This document shows positions 9,278 through 20,935 of a stretch of DNA of 64,000 nt, in pieces. This DNA is from Anaeromyxobacter sp. (lineage in GTDB: Bacteria; Myxococcota; Myxococcia; Myxococcales; Anaeromyxobacteraceae). The stretch covers positions 46,274-110,273 of the forward strand of contig JASGJN010000012.1 in assembly GCA_049840735.1 (NCBI GenBank), in the 5' to 3' direction. Position numbers and translations under genes: made by a program. The notes beneath the pieces are model-generated. The model searched no databases, was not told the DNA's origin, and saw only the letters and a list, made by a program, of their open reading frames with translations. Every line of letters begins with the position of its first letter. Position 1 is the stretch's first letter.

Positions 9278-10571
9278 AGGCGCTCAAAAAGTCCGACTAC
9301 TTCAAGAAGAAGTCGAAGGGGGTCTACCGGCCCGACGCGGCCGACCGCGCCCCGTCCTTCTCCCGCGAGCCGGCCTCGCGCCACGTGGACGCGCCGCTCC
9401 CGTTCACCTTCGACGCCGAGGCCTGGCGCGGGCGGATCCGCGAGGCCACCGCCCGCTTCCGCGATCACCCGGAGATCTTCGACGCCGAGGTGGAGCTGAC
9501 GGCGGAGCGGCAGGTGCGCTGGTTCACCTCCAGCGAGGGCTCGGCCCTGATCACCGAGCAGGCCGTCTACAACATCCACCTCACCGCCGTGACCCGCGCC
9601 CCCGACGGCCAGCTGCTGGAGGACGGACGCGACTGGTACGCGCCCACCGAGGCCGGCCTGCCCGCGCCGGCGCAGCTGGGCGCGGCGGTGGATCAGGTCA
9701 TCCAGGAGCTGGTGGCGCTGCGCCAGGCCCCGGCCATCGACCCGTACACCGGGCCGGCCATCCTCGAGTCCGAGGCCGCCGGCGTCCTCTTCCACGAGGC
9801 GCTCGGCCACCGGCTGGAGGGGGAGCGGATCGACGACGACCAGGACGGGCAGACCTTCCGGGGCCAGGTGGGCCAGCGGATCCTGCCGCCCTTCCTGACG
9901 CTGGTGGACGATCCCACCCTGGCCACCCTCGGCGGCCAGCCGCTGAACGGCTTCTACCGCTTCGACGACCAGGGCGTGCCGGGGCAGCGCACCGTGCTGG
10001 TCCGCGACGGGAAGCTCGAGGCCTACCTGCTCTCGCGCAAGCCGGTGGCGCCGTTCACCCGCTCCAACGGCCACGGCCGCGCGCAGGGCATCCGCCGCCC
10101 GGTGTCGCGCATGTCCAACCTGATCCTCACCTCCACGCGGCAGGTGCCCGCCGCCAGGCTCAAGCAGCAGCTGATGGAGGAGGCGCGCCGGCAGGGCAAG
10201 CCCTTCGGGCTCATCATCCGGGACATCACCGGCGGTGACACCAACACCGCCTCCTACGGCTACCAGGCCTTCAAGGGGACGCCGCGGCTGGTCTACCGCG
10301 TCGACGCGAAGACCGGCGCCGAGCAGCTGGTGCGCGGCGTGGAGCTGGTCGGGACGCCCCTCTCCAGCGTCAACCGGGTGCTGGCCACCAGCGACCGGGC
10401 CCAGGTGTTCAACGGCTACTGCGGCGCGGAGAGCGGCTACGTGCCGGTCTCGACCGCGGCGCCCGCCGTGCTGGTGCAGGAGCTCGAGCTGCAGCGGGTG
10501 GCCCGCGCCAGCGACCGCAGCCCCATCCTCCCCGCCCCGTGGACCGACCAGGGCGGCGGGTCACGATCTGA
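9278..10571 (+). CDS. TldD/PmbA family metalloprotease, C-terminal part
   Basis: SDYFKKKSKGVYR..PSFSRE, YTGPAIL, HEALGHRLEG (HExxGH), VDDPT, SNGHGR, LVRGVELVGTP, FNGYCGAESG; stop inferred at TGA 10569-10571 (ORF track reads to 10749). Confidence 0.85.
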
Positions 10572-10727
10572 ACGGGGGCTGCGCCCCCGCCCCGCCAGCA
10601 GAGCTGTCGGGGCCCCACCCCTGCTGCGGCGGAGCCGAGCGCGCCGCGGCCTGTCGGCCTTGCGCGCCATCCGCCGCCGAGGGGCTGCCGCCCCTCCCCT
10701 GGCTTTCGCCGGGGCCCCCACCCCGTT
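10571..10727. repeat. ~157-bp structured REP/MITE-like element
   Basis: AACGGGG...CCCCGTT ends; several hairpins; closely similar to 41515-41671. Confidence 0.75.
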
Positions 10728-10780
10728 TCGGACCAGCGAGCGACCGTAGCCCGCGTCCGCCCCTTCCGCCAGGTGACCCC

Positions 10781-11257
10781 GTGAGCACGCCCGTCCCCGT
10801 CCCGCCCCTCGACGCCCTGCTCGGCCAGCCGCGCCGGGCCGCCCTCGACGCCTTCGCGCGCGCCGGCTGGCGGCCCTGGGCCACGCCCATCTCGCTCGAC
10901 GCCGGGCTGCGGCGGCGGCTCAACATCGATCTCTCCGAGCCCGAGGTGGCGCTGCTGCGCGACGAGGCGCTGGCGGCGGTGGCGCACCTCGAGACCGATC
11001 GCGAGGGGCTGGTGACGCACGTCGAGGTGGTGGGGGCCGACCCGGCCGACCCCGTGGCCATCGCGCTGGCGCTGCTGGGCGAGATCGGCCCGCCCCGCAC
11101 CGGCGGCAACGCCCAGGCGCGCGAGTGGGTCTGGGGCCCGGAGTCGGGGGCCGAGGCGCAGGTGGCCGGCGAGCCGGTGCGACTCTGGATCTGCGCCGAG
11201 CGGGCCTACGGCGACCGGCTCTGGCTCATCGCCAGCCTGGTGCGGCGGGCATCGTAA
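10781..11257 (+). CDS. Hypothetical protein
   Basis: 3' part of ORF 10235..11257 from GTG 10781; protein-like composition and GC3-biased codons. Confidence 0.65.
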   Translation: MSTPVPVPPLDALLGQPRRAALDAFARAGWRPWATPISLDAGLRRRLNIDLSEPEVALLRDEALAAVAHLETDREGLVTHVEVVGADPADPVAIALALLGEIGPPRTGGNAQAREWVWGPESGAEAQVAGEPVRLWICAERAYGDRLWLIASLVRRAS

Positions 11258-11450
11258 CGGGGACTGCGTCCCCGCCCCAGGAGCAAAGCTCCTGGGGCCC
11301 CACCCCTGCTGCGCTGGGTCCCGCCGCGCTGCGGCCCCAGAATCATCAAGCCAGGGGAAGGGGGCCTTGCGCGGCACCCAGCGAGGAGGGGCGCTGCCCC
11401 TCCCCCGCGCTGCGCGCGGGGCCCCAACCCCCTCAACCCGCCCCCGCAAC
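11256..11450. repeat. Divergent copy of the structured REP-like element
   Basis: AACGGGGACTGCGTCCCCGCCCC-hairpin-GGGGCCCCACCCCTGCT shared with 10571 and 41515; 3' end approximate. Confidence 0.6.
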
Positions 11451-12383
11451 CCCGCCACGCGCCGCCGGCACCCCGCACAGCCTGAGCAGCAGCGGCGCCA
11501 CCGCGGTCAGGTCGGCCACCGCCGCCACCTCCGCCGCCGCCCGGCCGAAGCCCAGCACCGGCACCCGGGCCAGCGTGTGGTTGCGGGTCGAGAGGTCCTC
11601 GACGTTGCCGTGGTCGCTGGTGACCAGCAGGGCGTCGTCGGGCCCGAGGCGGTCGAGCAGCGCGCGCAGGAAGCGGTCCAGCCGCCCCAGCGCCTCCAGC
11701 GCCCGCCCCATGGCGCGGGCGTGGCCCGCCTCGTCGCTCTCGAAGAACTCCAGCAGGACCAGGTCCTGCCCGGCCCCCAGCGCCGCCAGCAGCGCCCCCG
11801 CCTCCTCCGGCGTCCGCAACGGCACGCCGGCGCCGTACCGCCGGGCCCGCTCGCCGGTGAGGTCGTGGGTGAGCCCGTCGCCGGCCCGCGCGTCGGCCCA
11901 GGTCCGGAACCGGCCGCCCCCAGCCGCGTAGGCCACGGTGGTGGCGGAGGCCCGGGCCCTGCGCCGCCCCTCCAGCGCGAACTCCGGCTCCCCCTCCGCC
12001 GGCAGCCCCAGCGCGCGCAGGTAGGCCACCGGGTAGGCGTTGGCGAAGAGCGCGCGCCGCCCGGCCGCGGCCAGGGCCGCGAAGACCGAGCGCTCGGCCA
12101 GGAGCGCCCGCAGCGGCGCGTTGGGGTAGCCGAGCAGGTGCCGGCCCAGCGCGGCGGGCGCGTTGGCGCCGGTGAGGAGGGTGGCCTGGCCGGTGGCCGA
12201 CTGCGGCCGGCCGGGCACGCCCAGCGTGGCGTCTGCCAGCGCCCAGCGCCCGCCGTGAGGCAGCGGCGTCCCGCCCCCGTCTGCGAACCGGGAGAGGAGC
12301 AGGTCCTCCCGGGCCAGGGGGTTCACCTCGGGGTCGGGAGCACCTGCCCCTACCCCGTCCACGAAGACGAAGAACACCGTCAC
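11433..12383 (-). CDS. Metalloenzyme superfamily protein (phosphoglycerate mutase/phosphopentomutase-like)
   Basis: FVFVDGVG, GRPQSATGQATLLTG, DEAGH, TSDHGNVEDLSTRNHT. Confidence 0.85.
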   Translation of the reverse strand: MTVFFVFVDGVGAGAPDPEVNPLAREDLLLSRFADGGGTPLPHGGRWALADATLGVPGRPQSATGQATLLTGANAPAALGRHLLGYPNAPLRALLAERSVFAALAAAGRRALFANAYPVAYLRALGLPAEGEPEFALEGRRRARASATTVAYAAGGGRFRTWADARAGDGLTHDLTGERARRYGAGVPLRTPEEAGALLAALGAGQDLVLLEFFESDEAGHARAMGRALEALGRLDRFLRALLDRLGPDDALLVTSDHGNVEDLSTRNHTLARVPVLGFGRAAAEVAAVADLTAVAPLLLRLCGVPAARGGVAGAG

Positions 12384-12494
12384 GGCGGGATGATAGGCCA
12401 GCCGGGCCGCGGGCGCCCGCCCCCGCGCGTTCTCGGCGCGACGCCGGACCCGGCCGGCGCTATCCTCCGCGCACCTCTCGTCCGGATCTGCCCC

Positions 12495-13779
12495 ATGCGC
12501 CTCCGCGACTTCCCCACCGACGTGACCATCACCTTCGACGGGCAGCCGGTGCCGGCGCGGCGCGGCGAGAGCATCGCCTCGGCGCTGCTGGCGGCAGGCA
12601 AGCCGCTCGTGTCGCGCAGCGCCAAGTACCACCGGCCGCGCGGCCCCTTCTGCCTGGCCGGCACCTGCGGCAGCTGCCTGGTCCGCGTGGACGGGCTCCC
12701 GAGCCAGCGCGCCTGCAAGACGCCTTGCGCCGAGGGGCAGGTGGTGGAGTCGCAGAACGGGCTCCCCGACGCCGGGCACGACGTGCTGGGGGTCATCGAC
12801 ACCGTCTACGCCCACGGCCTCGATCACCACCACCTCATGACCTGGAGCGCTCTCGCCAACCGCTTGACGGTCGCCGCCTCCCGCGAGCTGGCCGGGCTGG
12901 GCAGGCTCCCCGCCGCGGCCGCCCTGCCCCCGCGGCCGGCGCCGCCGGAGCGCGAGGAGCGCTGGGACGTGCTGGTGGTGGGCGCCGGCCCCGCCGGCCT
13001 GGGCGCCGCGGAGCGGCTGGTCGAGGCGGGCCGCCGCGTGCTGGTGGCCGAGGCCGAGCCGGCCGCCGGAGGCCGGCTGCGCTGCCGGCTGCCGTGGGAC
13101 GGCCAGCCCGGGCTGGACTGGGTGGAGGCGGTGCGGGCGCGGCTGGCCTCGGGAGGCGGCGAGCTGGCGGTCCGCACCGCGGTGCTGGGGCTCTGGCTCG
13201 ACGGCGGGAGCCCGCTGGCGCTGCTGGCGCAGGACGGCGCGCCCACGCGCCTGCGGCTGGTGCGGCCGGGGCGGGTGGTGCTCTGCAACGGCGGCCACCC
13301 GCTGCCGCCGGCGCTGGAGGACGGCGACCGCCCGGGCGTCTTCGGCGGGCGCGGGCTGGCGCTGGCGCTAGCCGAGCACGGGGTGATCCCGGGCCGGCGC
13401 GCGGTGGTGCTGGGCGCGGGCCCGGAGCCCGCCGCGCTGGCGGCGGCGCTGACCGCGGCCGGCGTGGCCGTGGAGCAGGTGGCAGAGGCCGCCGGCCGGA
13501 TCCGGGGCCGGGCGCGGGTGCGCGGGCTGCGGCTGCCGGACGGCCGGACCGTGCCGTGCGACGTGGTGGCGGTGGCCACGCCCCCGGCGCCTGCCACGGA
13601 CCTGGGCCGCGCGCTGGGGGCGGCCCTCACCTTCGACGGCGGCGCGCAGGCCTTCGCGCTGCAGGCGGACGCCGCCGGGCGCACCACGGCGGAGGCGGTG
13701 CTGGCGGCGGGCGAGGTGACCGGGGCGATGGACGCGCGGCAGGCGGCCGACTCCGGCCGCCGCGCCGGGGAGGCGGCCC

Positions 13780-13787
<8 letters not shown>
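12495..13787 (+). CDS. 2Fe-2S / FAD oxidoreductase, sarcosine oxidase alpha / proline dehydrogenase alpha-like
   Basis: [49 protein letters not shown]. Confidence 0.85.
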
Positions 13788-15268
<1,481 letters not shown>

Positions 15269-15310
15269 GGGCATGCTGCCCCTCCCCGCGGGTGCCATGC
15301 TCGAAGACGG

Positions 15311-15350
15311 CCGTTCGCCCTGAGCGCAGCCGCGGCGGAGTCGAAGGGCG
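15311..15350. repeat. Short REP-like palindromic motif CCGTTCGCCCTGAGC...GTCGAAGGG
   Basis: Intergenic; resembles the widespread CCCTTCGAC..GCTCAGGGCGAACGG repeat type as recalled; single copy here. Confidence 0.45.
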
Positions 15351-15479
15351 CCCCTCCCCCGCTGCGCGGGCCCCCTCCCCGCTCTCCACGCTCCCTCCGA
15401 TCGCTGGGCCCCGCGGCGCCTCGCCGCGATATCGGACCGGGACCGCGCGCGGGCGGCGGTTTGCGGTGAAGCTCCGGCC

Positions 15480-16310
15480 ATGTCACTCGGAAAGAAGATC
15501 GCCTTCCTCGGCTCCGGGAACATGGCCGAGGCGCTGGTGAAGGGGCTCCTGCGGGCCGGCATGGCCGAGAAGGACGAGGTGCTCTGCGCCGAGCTGCGCA
15601 ACGAGCGCCGCGACGAGATTGCCAGCCGCTACGGCGTGCGCGTCACCGACGACAACCGCGCCGCCACCGAGGAGGCCGACATCGTCGTGCTCTCGGTGAA
15701 GCCGCAGAGCATGGACGAGCTGCTGGAGGAGATTGCCCCGGCCATCGACCACCGCAAGCTGGTGATTCCGATCGCCGCCGGCATCCCCATCGCCGCCATC
15801 GCCCGCAAGCTGGGCGCCGGCGTGCGCATCGTCCGGACCATGCCCAACACCCCCGCCCTGGTGGGCGCCGGCGCCACCGCGCTGGCCCGCGGGGCCCACG
15901 CGACCGACGCCGACCTTGAGCAGGCCCGCGCGCTGTTCCAGGCCGTGGGGATCGCGGTGATCGTGGAGGAGCACCACCTGGACGCGGTGACCGGCCTCTC
16001 CGGCTCCGGCCCGGCCTTCCTGTTCCTGGCCATCGAGGCGCTGGCCGACGGCGGCGTGAAGGTGGGCCTGGCCCGCCCGGTGGCCATGGCGCTGGCCGCC
16101 CAGACCGTGCTCGGCTCCGCCAAGCTGGTGATCGAGAGCGGCGAGCACCCCGGCCGGCTCAAGGACCAGGTCACCAGCCCCGGCGGCACGGCCATCGCCG
16201 GCGTGCACGCGCTGGAGGTGGGCGGGCTGCGCGCCGCGCTGATCGCGGCGGTCGAGGCGGCCACCCGCCGCTCCCACGAGCTGGGCGAGAAGGCCGCGAA
16301 GAAGGACTGA
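15480..16310 (+). CDS. proC: Pyrroline-5-carboxylate reductase
   Basis: FLGSGNMA, SVKPQ, RTMPNTP, TGLSGSGPA, VTSPGGT. Confidence 0.96.
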   Translation: MSLGKKIAFLGSGNMAEALVKGLLRAGMAEKDEVLCAELRNERRDEIASRYGVRVTDDNRAATEEADIVVLSVKPQSMDELLEEIAPAIDHRKLVIPIAAGIPIAAIARKLGAGVRIVRTMPNTPALVGAGATALARGAHATDADLEQARALFQAVGIAVIVEEHHLDAVTGLSGSGPAFLFLAIEALADGGVKVGLARPVAMALAAQTVLGSAKLVIESGEHPGRLKDQVTSPGGTAIAGVHALEVGGLRAALIAAVEAATRRSHELGEKAAKKD

Positions 16311-16312
16311 AC

Positions 16313-16747
16313 GTGCGCCTCGCTCCCGCCCTGTCCGTCGCGCTGGCGCTGGCCGGCTGCGCCTCCACCAAGCCGGTCGGCCGGCTGCGCGTCGATCCGG
16401 CGCCCGCGGCCGACGCCGCCGGGCTCACCGACGTGGAGCAGCGGCTGGTCCGCGCCGTCTCCAGCGTGGGGGCGGAGCGCGGCCTCTTCTGCCGGCCGTT
16501 CGGCGGCTCGGTCCTGCTCTCGTGCACCGCCGCGGCGGTCAGCAACCTGAGCGCCACGCTGGAGATCGAGCTGGTGCGCGCCGGCACCGGCTACGAGGTC
16601 TCGGTCGACCAGGCCATCCTGCTGGCCGGCCGCGACTCGCCCATCTGCGCCGTGGAGAAGCGCCTGGCCGACGCCATCGACGCCGAGCTGGGCTCGCCGC
16701 GCGCCCACACCGACGTCCACAGCACCTGCCCGCCGCGCAAGCAGTAG
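16313..16747 (+). CDS. Putative lipoprotein
   Basis: Lipobox LAGC after a hydrophobic leader; directly follows proC. Confidence 0.65.
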   Translation: MRLAPALSVALALAGCASTKPVGRLRVDPAPAADAAGLTDVEQRLVRAVSSVGAERGLFCRPFGGSVLLSCTAAAVSNLSATLEIELVRAGTGYEVSVDQAILLAGRDSPICAVEKRLADAIDAELGSPRAHTDVHSTCPPRKQ

Positions 16748-16894
16748 CCGCCTCCCGCCGCCCTCCAGCCGCCCCACCCCCTGCCCGCCCGCGCGCAGGG
16801 TGGGCGGGGAGCCCTTGCCGCTCCTCTGAGGGGCTCGCACATTCGGACGACGACGCGGACGGGATCTTCCGCCCCACTCGAACCGGGAGCGTGC

Positions 16895-17074
16895 ATGGCA
16901 GATTGGGGCAAGGCACAGAAGGGCCGGGACATGACGGTGCGGGAGGCCGGCCGCCTGGGCGGTGAAGCCCGCAAGGAGCAGCTGGGGTCGAAGGGCTACT
17001 CGGAGCTGGGGCAGAAGGGCGGGCAGCGGGTCCGGCAGCTCATCGAGGAGGGCAAGCAGGCCGAGCGGAAGTGA
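16895..17074 (+). CDS. Small general stress protein (KGG / Em-GsiB-like), 59 aa
   Basis: Translated by hand: MTVREAGRLGGEARKEQLGSKGYSELGQKGGQRVRQLIEEGK; below ORF-track cutoff. Confidence 0.85.
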   Translation: MADWGKAQKGRDMTVREAGRLGGEARKEQLGSKGYSELGQKGGQRVRQLIEEGKQAERK

Positions 17075-17154
17075 TGCCTCCCGGGGCGAGGCCCGGCGGC
17101 GCGCCAGCGTCGCGAGCCTTGTCCGGCGGGTGGGGCGGTGCGAGAAAGGGGGCC

Positions 17155-17853
17155 ATGCGCCACCTCCTCGCCTGCACCGCCGCGACCCTCACCCTCCTCG
17201 CCTCCGCCTGCACGCCGCGCGCGGTGGTCCCCACCGCCGAGCAGGAGCGCGTCCAGAAGGAGCTCTCCGGTCAGCAGCGGTACCTGCGCGTGGCCGCGAA
17301 CGTCGGCCCGCTGTGGGGCGACACGCGCAAGCTGCTGGTGGCCGACCAGCCGGCCGCGGAGATCGACCTGGTGCTCTCGCCCGGCGGCGACGTGATCGCC
17401 CCGCCGCGGTTCGACCGCGTGCTGCGGCCGGGGACGCCGGTGCGGATCGAGTCGGTCGAGTTCCCCGCCGGCTGGCTGATCGCCGAGCGCGTGGTGACCA
17501 CGCCCCGCTACCACCCGTGGGTCTACGTGCGGCTGCCCGGCGAGACGCGGCCAGGCGTGCTGGTGCTCTCCCAGACGGTCGAGACCTTCGACGACGTGCG
17601 CGGCGAGCTGGAGCGCATGCTGACGGCGGACGATCCCTCGGCCGCCTTCAACTCGCTGGCGCCGGAGTACCGCAACGCCATCCTGCGCAAGGAGGCGATC
17701 GAGGGGATGAGCCCGGCGGCGCTGGAGATGGCCTGGGGCGTGCCGGAGCGGAAGCGGATCGACCGCCCCTCGCACACCGAGGAGTGGTCGTGGCCGGGCG
17801 GCAAGCGCCGCGCCTTCCTGCGCGACGACCGGGTGGAGCGGCTGGAGAAGTAG
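17155..17853 (+). CDS. Putative lipoprotein, BamE/SmpA-like C-terminus
   Basis: Lipobox ASAC; GMSPAALEMAWGVP..EEWSW. Confidence 0.7.
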   Translation: MRHLLACTAATLTLLASACTPRAVVPTAEQERVQKELSGQQRYLRVAANVGPLWGDTRKLLVADQPAAEIDLVLSPGGDVIAPPRFDRVLRPGTPVRIESVEFPAGWLIAERVVTTPRYHPWVYVRLPGETRPGVLVLSQTVETFDDVRGELERMLTADDPSAAFNSLAPEYRNAILRKEAIEGMSPAALEMAWGVPERKRIDRPSHTEEWSWPGGKRRAFLRDDRVERLEK

Positions 17854-17888
17854 GGGCTTTCAAGCGGAGGGCTGCGCCCCCCGCCCCG

Positions 17889-18650
17889 TCAGCGGCGGCG
17901 CGGCCCGCCCCGGTCGTCCCGGCGTGGCCCGCCGCGGTCTTCGCGCCGGGCGCCGCGGTCGTCCCGCCGGCCGCCGCGCCCACCGTCGCGCCGCTCGCGC
18001 CCGGGCTCGGCCGGGCCAGGGGTGACGCCGATGGCCACCGAGAAGACGGTGCCGGCGCGCAGCTGCGCCACCAGGTCGGCCTCGCTGGCGACCGGGTCGC
18101 GGAAGAGCGTGGCGGCCTTGCCGATGTCGCCCACCTCGTGGGCGTCGGAGGCGCCGACGCAGGGCAGGCTCATGTGGTCGGCCGCCTCGATGGCCAGGTC
18201 GTTGGCCGGGCCGCGGCGCCGCGTGTTGAGCCCCTCGATGGCCGAGAGGCCGTCCAGCGTGAAGATCACGTCGCCGCTCGGGCGCTCCACCGTCTTGTCG
18301 TAGGGGTGGGCCGCGATGGCCACGCCGCCCAGGGCCCTCACCTTGGCGAGCACGTCGCGCACCGGCCAGGGCACGGCCGAGCCGAACAGCTGCGGCGGCG
18401 CCGGCACCTGGGCCGGATCCGGGAAGAAGCAGAGGTAGTGGCCGCGGTCGGTGGTGACCTCCACGCCGCAGAGCGCCAGCACGCCCTCTTCGCGCCCCGC
18501 CGCCGGGATCTCCTCCAGCCCCTCGAGCGTGTTCAGGTCGGTGAAGGCCAGCCCGTCCAGCCCAGACTCGCGGGCGCGCCGGAGCGCGTCGCGGGGCGCC
18601 AGGGTACAGCCGCGGGTGTGGTGGGTGTGGACGTGCAGGTCGATGAGCAT
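17889..18650 (-). CDS. PHP domain phosphoesterase
   Basis: IDLHVHT, GVEVTTDRGH, AAHPY, GASDAH. Confidence 0.9.
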   Translation of the reverse strand: MLIDLHVHTHHTRGCTLAPRDALRRARESGLDGLAFTDLNTLEGLEEIPAAGREEGVLALCGVEVTTDRGHYLCFFPDPAQVPAPPQLFGSAVPWPVRDVLAKVRALGGVAIAAHPYDKTVERPSGDVIFTLDGLSAIEGLNTRRRGPANDLAIEAADHMSLPCVGASDAHEVGDIGKAATLFRDPVASEADLVAQLRAGTVFSVAIGVTPGPAEPGRERRDGGRGGRRDDRGARREDRGGPRRDDRGGPRRR

Positions 18651-18709
18651 GGGCGCGATCGTCTACCACATCCACCGCGCGGTGCGCCGCCCCGGCGCGG
18701 TGGGCGCCG

Positions 18710-18975
18710 TCACGCCTGGAGGACGGCCTCGGCCCTGGCCGGCTGCCGCCCCTCGGCGGCGCGGATCAGGGTAGCCCATCAACATGAGGCTGGAGGTGTT
18801 CTCCAGCACCCGCTCCCGGGTCGCGCGAGATGAGCGTGGAGCTGTAGTGCAGGAAGAACTGCGCCAGCTCCTCGCCGGCCTCGCGGACGATCAGGGCGTT
18901 GAGCTCCGCCGAGTCCATGGTCCGGATCCGATTGATGAACTCGACCGCGAAGCCCTTCTTCTTCACCCCGGCCAT
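18710..18975 (-). CDS. Small hypothetical protein (frameshift near 18815)
   Basis: GGAGG RBS; MAGVKKKGFAVEF..LISRDP then ERVLENTSSLMLMGYLIR. Confidence 0.6.
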
Positions 18976-19182
18976 GAGGCCCTCCTGGCGTACCGTGCAG
19001 CAATCTAGGGAGGGCCGGCGCCGTCGGCCAGGTACCCCGGCCCCGCCCCGGGACAAAACCGCAAGGCGATACCGGTGGTTACGGCCGTGGATTGTTTGAC
19101 AGGCTCCGGCGCCGAGGGGATACTCGTTCCGGGTCTTGCGGACGCGGGGAGAGCGGGCGTGGCCGATCAGCGAGAGAGCGCG

Positions 19183-19380
19183 ATGAGCTTCACCGGGGTG
19201 AAGGTGTTCTCCGCCACCAAGGCCAGGGAGCGCGAGGAGCTGGGTGAGACCATCACCCGCTGGCTCCAGTCCAACCCGGGCAACGAGGTGGTGGACCGGG
19301 TCGTCACGCAGTCGAGCGACGACGAGTTCCACTGCCTGACGATCGTCCTGTTCTTCCGCGAGCGGAAGACGGCGGCCTGA
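19183..19380 (+). CDS. Small hypothetical protein of a type seen in myxobacteria
   Basis: MSFTGVKVFSATKAREREELGE..TQSSDDEFHCLTIVLF. Confidence 0.75.
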   Translation: MSFTGVKVFSATKAREREELGETITRWLQSNPGNEVVDRVVTQSSDDEFHCLTIVLFFRERKTAA

Positions 19381-19549
19381 GCCGCCCCATCCTAGCCAGC
19401 CGGCGGCGTCCCGCCCGGCCCACCCTCCCGCGGCGGCCGCTGGGCGTCCTGCGCGGCGGTGGGCGCGCCCGGCGGCGGCGCGGGATCGCCTGGCCGCTTC
19501 CCGCGGCCCGCGCTCCCCTTTCCCTGTGGGGCGTGGTAGGAGCCCTCGC

Positions 19550-20879
19550 ATGAAGCTCAAGCAGAAGCCCGAGGACTTCCAGGTCACCGAGTCCTGGCGC
19601 TTCGACGAGGACCCCCGGGGCAGCTGGTTCGTCTACCTGATGGACAAGCAGAAGCTCTCCACCTTCGACGCGGTGGAGCGCATCTGCGCCCGCTTCAAGG
19701 TCCCCCGCGCGGACGTGAGCTACTGCGGCCTCAAGGACAAGCAGGGGCGCACCACCCAGCTCATCGCGGTGAAGCGGCGGGAGCTGGAGCTCCAGGACGC
19801 CGACCTGCGCCTCAAGCCCATGGGCCGCACGGCCGCGCCGCTCTCGCGAGAACACCACCTCCAACCGCTTCGCCGTCACGGTGCGCGACCTGTCCGAGGA
19901 GGACGTGGCGCGCCTGCCCACCTCGATCGCGGAGGTGCGCCGGCTGGGCGTGGTGAACTACTTCGACTCGCAGCGGTTCGGCTCGCTCAAGCACGGCCAG
20001 GGCTTCATCGTGAAGGACCTGATGCGCGGCGACTTCGAGGCCGCGCTGCGCAACGTGCTGGCGCGGCCGAGCGACCTGGACCTGTCCGGCGACGCCAAGG
20101 TGAAGGGCTTCTGGAAGGAGCACTGGGGCGACTGGGCGCGGCGCAACCCGCACCCCGGCGCCGAGCGCTACGAGGCCGTCATCAAGTGGCTCAAGGGGCA
20201 CCCCGAGGACTACCGCGGCGCGCTCCTCCGCACCGAGCCGCGCTGGCGCGCGCTCCAGGTCTTCACCTACCAGAGCTGGCTCTGGAACGAGGGCGTGAAG
20301 GCCTACCTGCGCGACGTGGTGGGCATCGGCTCGCTCACCTCCATCCGCTACCAGGCCGGCACCCTGCTCTTCCCGCGCGAGCTGACCGCCGACCAGGCCC
20401 GGCTGCTCTCCGACAAGACCTTCCCGCTGCTCGGGCCAGGCACCCGCTTCGACGACCCCGCGGTCGAGCGCGCCGCGCTGGCGGTGCTGGGGCGCGAGGA
20501 CATGGGGCTGGCGGACCTGGCCGTGCCCGGCACGCCGGAGATCCACTTCGACCACGAGGAGCGGCCGCTCCTCTCGCACCCCGGCCGGCTGACGCTGGGC
20601 GAGCCGCGGCCCGACGACCTGAACCACGGCAAGCTCCGGGTCAACGTGGCCTTCACGCTGCCGCCCGGCGCGTATGCCACGCTGGTGGTGAAGCGGGTCT
20701 TCCACTGGACGCTGGAGCCGCGCGGCCGCGAGCGCGAGCGCAGCCCCGCCCCGCCGAAGGTGCCCGCCGCGCCGGCCGCCCCTGCGGCGCCGCAGGGCTT
20801 CCTGGCGCGCAAGCGGGCCGAGAAGGCCGCCCGCGCCGAGCGGCGCGCCGAGGCCGGCAAGCAGCGGAAGAAGGGCTGA
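19550..20879 (+). CDS. truD: tRNA pseudouridine(13) synthase (frameshift near 19848)
   Basis: KQKPEDFQV, GLKDKQGRTTQ, NRF, NYFDSQRFG, YQSWLWN, FTLPPGAYAT. Confidence 0.93.
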
Positions 20880-20935
20880 CGGCGCTCCTCGGCCGCGCCG
20901 ATCGCCGCCTCTCCTGAGGCCTGACGCCTGAGGCC

